Shown one piece after another: positions 19,011-24,133 of a DNA stretch of 24,133 bases. The DNA comes from a virus (taxonomy: Duplodnaviria > Caudoviricetes): positions 1 to 24,133 of the IMG/VR virus record IMGVR_UViG_3300012173_000012. One strand, 5' to 3'. Under the pieces are notes generated by a model. The model was not told the origin of the DNA, made no database searches, and saw nothing but the letters and a program-made list of their open reading frames with translations. The number at the start of each line of letters is the position of its first letter. Within the stretch, counting starts at the first letter, position 1. The position numbers and the translations under genes are program-made.

Positions 19011-19237
19011 CGATCTTTCCAGGTGACACTATCGGACTATTCGGCGAGATTAGCGGACATCGCGTCGAAGAAGTTATCGGACCAATGTTCGATGTTCGTG
19101 CGAAGTATTTATTGGACGATGGACGTGTCGTTCAATTATCGGACATTCACTCGCATCGTACCGAAACCGGACAGGACACTATAACCGAAACCAGATACGA
19201 TGGAGTTATTCGGACCATCGACCAGGACGACCGATAA
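19007..19237 (+). CDS. Hypothetical early protein
   Basis: AAAGGAG SD, GTG start, 76 aa. Confidence 0.7.
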   Translation: MTIFPGDTIGLFGEISGHRVEEVIGPMFDVRAKYLLDDGRVVQLSDIHSHRTETGQDTITETRYDGVIRTIDQDDR

Positions 19238-19249
19238 GGAGCAGATAGC

Positions 19250-19486
19250 ATGACCGAGAAAAACACTCATTCCTTCCCCGACCGTTTGAAGTTGCACTTG
19301 AACGAGAAGTTATGGGAATGCGTCCGAGAAGTATCGGATATATCGGACTTATACTTAATGTCCTATATCTGTCAAAGCGGAAACGAGCGTTATCGGATAT
19401 ACACGGACCCAGGATATTATCGGTCTGCGCAACGAGCGATAACCCACGAATTACCGGACCTTCGTCGACTCGCGGGAATGTCCTAG
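19250..19486 (+). CDS. Hypothetical early protein
   Basis: TAAGGAG SD, 78 aa. Confidence 0.7.
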   Translation: MTEKNTHSFPDRLKLHLNEKLWECVREVSDISDLYLMSYICQSGNERYRIYTDPGYYRSAQRAITHELPDLRRLAGMS

Positions 19487-19499
19487 AAGGAGAAGAGTT

Positions 19500-19682
19500 A
19501 TGGGAATGAGCGAAGGGGAAAAACTTTATCGGAAGTACAGGGACGATGGAATTATTATCGTCCACAGGAATGAAGTTTTCGGACGCGCAGCCGATGGTAT
19601 CTTGGTCCGAATAGGAGATACCGATAACATGGAATGCGTGTTCCTATATCTCGAAGACCGAGGCGGTCCCGATAACTGGTAG
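19500..19682 (+). CDS. Hypothetical early protein
   Basis: AAGGAG SD, 60 aa. Confidence 0.7.
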   Translation: MGMSEGEKLYRKYRDDGIIIVHRNEVFGRAADGILVRIGDTDNMECVFLYLEDRGGPDNW

Positions 19683-19692
19683 GAGCGATAAC

Positions 19693-19803
19693 ATGGAACA
19701 AGTTTTCTCGGACCTAGTGGCGAATATCGGGCATGTCGTTTATGTTCCGATAATCGTGGGAACCCTGACTATATTATCGGTCGTCCTCTGCAAGGGCCGA
19801 TAA
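19693..19803 (+). CDS. 36 aa single-TM microprotein
   Basis: AGGAG SD; MEQVFSDLVANIGHVVYVPIIVGTLTILSVVLCKGR. Confidence 0.6.
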   Translation: MEQVFSDLVANIGHVVYVPIIVGTLTILSVVLCKGR

Positions 19804-19814
19804 AGGAGAAGCGT

Positions 19815-20084
19815 ATGATTCTAGGACGTAAACGTACGGGTCAAAAATTTCCGGTCCTATTTCCGCGCGGAATGCGTCCGGTCGTCTTTTATCAGACGGA
19901 AAAAGTGGGCCTGTATTATCACGCCACGATTGTTAGGGTCGATAATCGGCGTGGTATTACATGGAATAAAGAATTTAGGGGAGAAACTGGAATCGGCTTG
20001 ACAACCGAGAAGGCGCTTGCTATGCTTAGACAACGATTGACCGAGACAGGATACACGTATGACGTACGGGAGGAGGTGAAGTGA
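19815..20084 (+). CDS. Hypothetical early protein
   Basis: AAAGGAG SD, 89 aa. Confidence 0.65.
   Translation: MILGRKRTGQKFPVLFPRGMRPVVFYQTEKVGLYYHATIVRVDNRRGITWNKEFRGETGIGLTTEKALAMLRQRLTETGYTYDVREEVK
19998..20026 (+). promoter_or_regulatory. sigma70-type promoter inside the 19815 ORF
   Basis: TTGACA-17 bp-TATGCT with extended -10 TG. Confidence 0.65.
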
Positions 20085-20281
20085 TACTTTACCTGACGTA
20101 TAAGCGCCGAAAATGGTTCGCCTATTCCGTGAAGCCGATAAGGTGGAATAGCGCGGCCGATCCTGATACGGCGTTATCGGGCCTGATAGAAGGATTGAGG
20201 AATATCGGTTGTAAGGCGCTTGTGTTGGGCGTTTGTCGACCGAGCAGGGAATTCTTGGAAGGAGAAAAAAATGAGAATTGA
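20081..20281 (+). CDS. Hypothetical early protein
   Basis: GGAGGAGGT SD, GTG start in a GTGA overlap. Confidence 0.65.
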   Translation: MILYLTYKRRKWFAYSVKPIRWNSAADPDTALSGLIEGLRNIGCKALVLGVCRPSREFLEGEKNEN

Positions 20282-20546
20282 AACGGTGAAGGTATCGGAC
20301 CTGAATATCGTGGTCGCCAAGCGCGGCCGAAAACCTGATCCTGAAGTTATCGCGCTTGTCAATTCGGTCCGAATTGCGCCGGATGGTACTGGTATCCGAG
20401 TTATGGCGCGCTCGGAACAGGAAGCCGATAAGTATTCGGCTAAGATTCGCGCCGCGGTCAAGAAGGCAGGATTTTCGGTTATTATCGGGCGCATCGCGGA
20501 GTCGTCCGATATTCTTGTTACGAAGAAAATTCCTGTTGACGGTTGA
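20271..20546 (+). CDS. Small basic putative DNA-binding protein (start reassigned to ATG 20271)
   Basis: AAGGAG SD; MRIETVKVSDLNIVVAKRGRKPDP... has an AT-hook-like KRGRKP. Confidence 0.65.
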   Translation: MRIETVKVSDLNIVVAKRGRKPDPEVIALVNSVRIAPDGTGIRVMARSEQEADKYSAKIRAAVKKAGFSVIIGRIAESSDILVTKKIPVDG

Positions 20547-20571
20547 CGTATCGCGCCGCGAGCGCTATACT
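20543..20571 (+). promoter_or_regulatory. sigma70-type promoter
   Basis: TTGACG-17 bp-TATACT, followed by a 5' hairpin CGCGCCTA/TGGGCGCG (20586-20604). Confidence 0.8.
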
Positions 20572-20634
20572 GGTATGATCCGAGTCGCGCCTATTGTGGG
20601 CGCGTGTGTTGAAACGACCGAGAAGGAGAATTTT

Positions 20635-21087
20635 ATGGCGAATCAGGTACTGTCCGAGAAGAAGAAGGTCTCCATTGACGAGGCAGGGTTTCGGAATGCG
20701 TCCAATTGTTATGGGCGCGACCGGAAGATTGTTGACGCTATCGTGTCTATCGGACGCGCGAAGGGCGATCCGGTTTCCGCGCTGAATTCCGCCGTATCGG
20801 TCCTGGCAAAAATGCGAGGCCTCGATACGCACGCGCAGCGTATGCTTAAGGCCGTTATGGGTCTTGACGAAAATGTCGATCCGGTCAATGCGTACGCGCT
20901 CGCGCAGGAAACTATCGGCCTGATTGTCGAATTCTCGGAGCGCGGGTCGACGTACACTCCTGCGGCGCGTCTCGGTTTCGGTTCTGATCCTTCCCATATT
21001 ATCGCGCGGAAGATTCTCGGAACGGATACCAGCGCCGCGAAGGTCCGCGCTACTTTCGCCAAGGTCTCGACGATTCCTGTGGCTTAA
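20635..21087 (+). CDS. 150 aa helical hypothetical protein (start reassigned to ATG 20635)
   Basis: AAGGAG SD, downstream of the 20543 promoter; MANQVLSEKKKVSIDEAGFRNAS...STIPVA. Confidence 0.75.
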   Translation: MANQVLSEKKKVSIDEAGFRNASNCYGRDRKIVDAIVSIGRAKGDPVSALNSAVSVLAKMRGLDTHAQRMLKAVMGLDENVDPVNAYALAQETIGLIVEFSERGSTYTPAARLGFGSDPSHIIARKILGTDTSAAKVRATFAKVSTIPVA

Positions 21088-21939
21088 TTCGCGTCAATGT
21101 TCGGCGCGAACGCACCCTGGGATTGTTGCCAACGGGTCTCAGGGTGCGCTGCGCTGTACGTCGACGCTATCGGGTAACTACCGAATAAATAGGCGCATAA
21201 TATAGCGCGCCGGCGAACGTGCGGAAGCCGAAGTAACAAGTTTATTATCGGTATGTAGCGGGGTTTCGATTCGTTATCGGGCGACCGCTGGGGAGGGGAG
21301 AATCGTAGGGAAAAACGTTGCGCGTTTTAACGGTCGAATTGAGCGCTAAGGAAAGCGCACAATAGGTCCAGCGCAACGGAATAACCTACGGTTGACAATC
21401 CGCCCTATCGTGGATTAGACCACGTATTCGACTACGGAACGGAATAGGAAAGAAGCGATAGAATAACCTGACGATATATCGAAGCGGACTAGAAAAACGG
21501 ATCGACTATCCGTTGTCGCGCACGATATACAAACGGCAGGGTAAAATTATCGCGTTAAATTCCTGTTCTAAAAGCGCACGAAGCGCTAACGTAGGCCGAT
21601 AATCGCGCAAGTGATATTCCTTCTTCACGCCATAGGTCCGTCAATATCGCATTAAAAGAAGATCCGAAAATGGTCAAAAGCGGCTTGTCACCGTTATTAG
21701 GTCGTTCAGGGTTTTCGCGTTATTCCCCTAAGTGAAAATGCCGCGCCCGATAGGGAGAGCGGGAACGATAACTGTAGCGCGCGATGGTTCGGACAATTCC
21801 GAAGGAAGCTCCATCGTTAAATAACCCCTGAATAAACAAGCAATTATTTGGGGGAATTCAATAGTTCAATTCATTTGTCACACCTACGCTAATTAGCGGC
21901 CCAAAACGGATGCAAGTCCGCGATTATTTGGGGTTTTTT
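21088..21939 (+). ncRNA. Putative large structured non-coding RNA (~850 nt), family unassigned
   Basis: No credible ORF. Many nested helices with G-U pairs on the + strand, GCAA tetraloops, A-rich linkers, and a terminal stem plus T6 (see findings). Confidence 0.7.
21900..21939 (+). terminator. Terminal stem and U-tract closing the putative ncRNA
   Basis: CCCAAA/TTTGGG encloses CGGAT-GCAA-GTCCG, then TTTTTT at 21934-39. Confidence 0.5.
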
Positions 21940-22119
21940 ATGGTGTGATTGTTTCACGTAGTATAAAGTATCCTGCGCCTAATTAAAAGCAGGGGACGAT
22001 GGAAAAATTGTATAGTCAAGAAATTGGCTTGCAATAATACGCCCTAAGTCGGGTTCATTCCGACCTGGGAAATGGTGGTTCAATTCCGCCCGTGGAACAT
22101 TGTCTAAAAGGAGAAAGAA

Positions 22120-22341
22120 ATGAGAATTGAGTATGGCAGTCAGAAATCCAGGATTATGTTTGATGAGCTTCATGAAGGAGATTGTTTCATTTTTGGGGAT
22201 TATCACTATGTAAAGAGTAGAAAGGCTCTTTCATGGCCTCAAGTAAATGCTTTCAATCTGAGTCTTAATATACCCGTGCAATTCGAAGACAGCCACGTCA
22301 CAGTAAAGCCAGTCACAGCAGTAATCCAAATTCACCCATGA
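22120..22341 (+). CDS. Hypothetical protein, single-domain paralog of 17394-17780
   Basis: AAGGAG SD; FDELHEGDCF..YVK..NAFNL. Confidence 0.7.
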   Translation: MRIEYGSQKSRIMFDELHEGDCFIFGDYHYVKSRKALSWPQVNAFNLSLNIPVQFEDSHVTVKPVTAVIQIHP

Positions 22342-22368
22342 TATAAGGGTGATATCACTTTGATATCA
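22339..22368. promoter_or_regulatory. Three TGATAT(A/C)A boxes at an 11-bp period, operator-like
   Basis: TGATATAA at 22339, TGATATCA at 22350 and TGATATCA at 22361. Confidence 0.5.
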
Positions 22369-22503
22369 TTGGGGTGTTAAAATGGATAAGGGTCGGAGAG
22401 AGGTTAAATAGGTAATCAAACAACATTTCTGAAACACGATTTCTTGATTACTCTATCTGCCTTATGGGTTGTACTTGTTGGGGAGTAGTAAAAGGAGTTA
22501 ATA

Positions 22504-22650
22504 ATGAAATGCCCAAAATGCGGTCTAAAAATGGGCTATCAAGAATTCGAAGACGAAGATGGTTGGAATTACCAGTGGGTCTGCGCAGGCACAGAATCCC
22601 AAGATGGCTGTTGGAATTACGTGGACTTAGAGAAACCACTAGAGAATTAA
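22504..22650 (+). CDS. 48 aa zinc-ribbon protein
   Basis: AAGGAG SD; MKCPKCGLKMGYQEFEDEDGWNYQWVCAGTESQDGCWNY. Confidence 0.7.
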   Translation: MKCPKCGLKMGYQEFEDEDGWNYQWVCAGTESQDGCWNYVDLEKPLEN

Positions 22651-22740
22651 CAACTTTGCTTTTCTTTTTCACGAATTCTATTTTCCTTTCTTTGATCGCA
22701 GTCTAATGGGTAGTTTGATACCTGGAAAGGGGTAAATCAT

Positions 22741-22932
22741 ATGGTCGTGCCAAAGTACAAGGCAATTAGGCTTCTGTTGAACCAAGCAGGGTGGTCCGAG
22801 GAGAAGTTAAACCGCTTTATTGAGCTAAATCCAAGGGTTTGGCTAACTGTTCTCAATTCCCCAATCGAAGACGCGGTGGATAGTATGTTCGTTTTTGATG
22901 CCCATATCAATCACGAATTGTGTCAAGATTAA
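22741..22932 (+). CDS. Hypothetical protein
   Basis: AAGGGGGT SD, 63 aa. Confidence 0.65.
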   Translation: MVVPKYKAIRLLLNQAGWSEEKLNRFIELNPRVWLTVLNSPIEDAVDSMFVFDAHINHELCQD

Positions 22933-23174
22933 GAGAGGGTCTTTTCTCTTTCAAGATTTCTATCTCCTCTCTGTGTCCTTCTTGTGTGTTGTTAGTAATA
23001 TGAAGTAATCAAATGGGGGATTAAATGCCTATCATCATTGCCTTCATCATCCTTTGTATTGCTATCTGCCATTTTTGGCTAAAAGACAGGGGAGTTTAGC
23101 AACCTGCTTTTCTCTTTTACGAATTCTATCCCTTCTCTCTTTGTGTTCCTGTGTGTGGTGTTATGGAGTGCAAT

Positions 23175-23366
23175 ATGCGTTTATCACGCAAAAAACGACG
23201 AAAGTCCCGCGCAAATCTGTATTTTCAACATCGTAAATGCCGAACGTGCGGCATAGTCAACTGCGCGTCTCACCATTGCGTCCAAAACGTCGAATGCACT
23301 TCTTGTTTCTGGGAGGGTTGTGGGTGTAAGCTGGTCAACGAAAAGTGTCCTTCTTGTGGGAAATAG
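23175..23366 (+). CDS. Basic Cys-rich zinc-finger protein (start reassigned to 23175)
   Basis: GGAG SD; RKKRRK followed by CRTC, CASHHC, CTSC and CPSC. Confidence 0.65.
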   Translation: MRLSRKKRRKSRANLYFQHRKCRTCGIVNCASHHCVQNVECTSCFWEGCGCKLVNEKCPSCGK

Positions 23367-23371
23367 CTATC

Positions 23372-23695
23372 ATGAACAATTTCATGTCGGGATTTGTGGC
23401 GGGGCTTGTTGTTGAGTTTGTGGTTATCCTTGTCATTTTTTGGAAGATGACGAAAACCAATAGGAAAAGCCAAATGGCGATGAAAAATCTGCGATCTTTC
23501 CGTTTTGGTCCATTCTGGTTTTACAGAACAGATACAGGGTGTCTCAATTTCGTAATTTCCAGAAATAGGAAGAAGTTGGCGGGGTTCACTTTCTACCAAT
23601 ACAAAAAGAACGAGGACAGAAATCATTCTGGGATCGAAGTGTCTGTTAAGATGGGTAATTTCTATCGCGTTTTCAACATCAAAAGCCCATTCTAA
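23372..23695 (+). CDS. Membrane-anchored hypothetical protein
   Basis: N-terminal TM segment FVAGLVVEFVVILVIFW followed by a basic domain. Confidence 0.6.
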   Translation: MNNFMSGFVAGLVVEFVVILVIFWKMTKTNRKSQMAMKNLRSFRFGPFWFYRTDTGCLNFVISRNRKKLAGFTFYQYKKNEDRNHSGIEVSVKMGNFYRVFNIKSPF

Positions 23696-23712
23696 ACAGC
23701 GAAAGGCCAAAA

Positions 23713-23928
23713 ATGAAAAACAAAAAGGGTTGGTCAGCGGATATTGGCGAATACGAAAAGGGAATCAACATATCCTTGCCTGGCGCTAGAAACCTAGCAG
23801 AAGCCCACCAAATGGCTTTTTCAAGGGTTTATGAATGCGACCATTGCCAAGACCCGTTCGTAGTCCAAATCTATAGAGACGGGAAAATAGTGTGGGATTT
23901 TACGAATTTCCAGCCTTTCGATTATTAG
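23713..23928 (+). CDS. Hypothetical protein
   Basis: 71 aa, AAAGG SD. Confidence 0.65.
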   Translation: MKNKKGWSADIGEYEKGINISLPGARNLAEAHQMAFSRVYECDHCQDPFVVQIYRDGKIVWDFTNFQPFDY

Positions 23929-24023
23929 GGGAAAAATCAAATAAATACAATCACGATTTGTGGGTTCCTACGAATCATTTGTAGGGTTTCGTCGGGTCTT
24001 TATGGGCAAAAAGGGAGATTGTT

Positions 24024-24133
24024 ATGTTGAAATTTGATTTCGTTTGTCCCGGAGAAACGTTCATTGTAGACAATCCGGGTAACGAAACACCAGAAGTCCA
24101 AAGAACCGTTTTCGTAAAAATGAATAGCGATGA
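24024..24133 (+). CDS. Partial CDS, probable further paralog of the 17394/22120 domain
   Basis: GGGAG SD; MLKFDFVCPGETFIVD...VFVKMN runs off the right edge. Confidence 0.6.
   Translation, partial: MLKFDFVCPGETFIVDNPGNETPEVQRTVFVKMNSD

Larger units (their letters stand above)
18560..21755. repeat. Dispersed short motif, consensus (T)TATCGG(AC), variant TTATCAGAC
   Basis: 34 TATCGG/CCGATA hexamers and 5 TTATCAGAC counted by eye. Confidence 0.9.

Noticed and set aside
20356-20634. 5' extension of the 243 aa ORF and overlapping ORFs 20174, 20518, 20594, 20709, 20924
   Set aside because: The extension overlaps the 20271 gene and a promoter, while the SD-supported start is 20635. The others are GC-rich shadow frames.
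21392-21420. TTGACA as an internal promoter
   Set aside because: No acceptable -10 at 16-18 bp, and it lies within predicted helices.
18560-21755. CRISPR array or tandem repeat as the explanation for the TATCGG motif
   Set aside because: The unit is only 6-9 bp, irregularly spaced, in both orientations and inside genes.
21088-21939. tRNA, tmRNA, RNase P or self-splicing intron identity for the structured region
   Set aside because: I found no cloverleaf or CCA end, no GAGGAAAGTCC, no interrupted gene and no recognisable intron core. A covariance search is still needed.
21979-23710. ORFs 21979(-), 22448(-), 22464(+), 23054(+), 23270(-)
   Set aside because: They lack SD sites or overlap better-supported genes (the 22504 zinc ribbon is in another frame) or the intergenic repeat.
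1-24133. Stop-codon reassignment
   Set aside because: Core genes are full length and tightly packed under the standard code.

Overview
Segment of a large tailed dsDNA phage genome (Caudoviricetes) in three blocks. (1) 1-9023, minus strand: head and packaging module with a truncated major capsid gene, decoration-like protein, protease-scaffold, portal, terminase large subunit, ERCC4 nuclease, candidate small terminase and a sigma-like protein. (2) 9122-18379, AT-rich (roughly 30% GC by eye): accessory genes including a DNA methyltransferase, CYTH-NadR-like fusion, ClpP, DarG-like macrodomain, permuted papain-like amidase, DEDDh exonuclease and an SMC-like ATPase. (3) From about 18440 the composition shifts abruptly to a CpG-rich block of roughly 50% GC. 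It carries tiny + strand genes with consensus sigma70 promoters and strong SD sites, and looks like an early or first-entering terminal region. Two features stand out there: a frame-independent motif (TATCGG/CCGATA, 34 copies counted in 3.2 kb) and an ~850-nt gene-free stretch (21088-21939) that folds by eye into a large nested RNA with repeated internal-loop modules and possible pseudoknots. All protein calls come from motif recognition; no searches were run.
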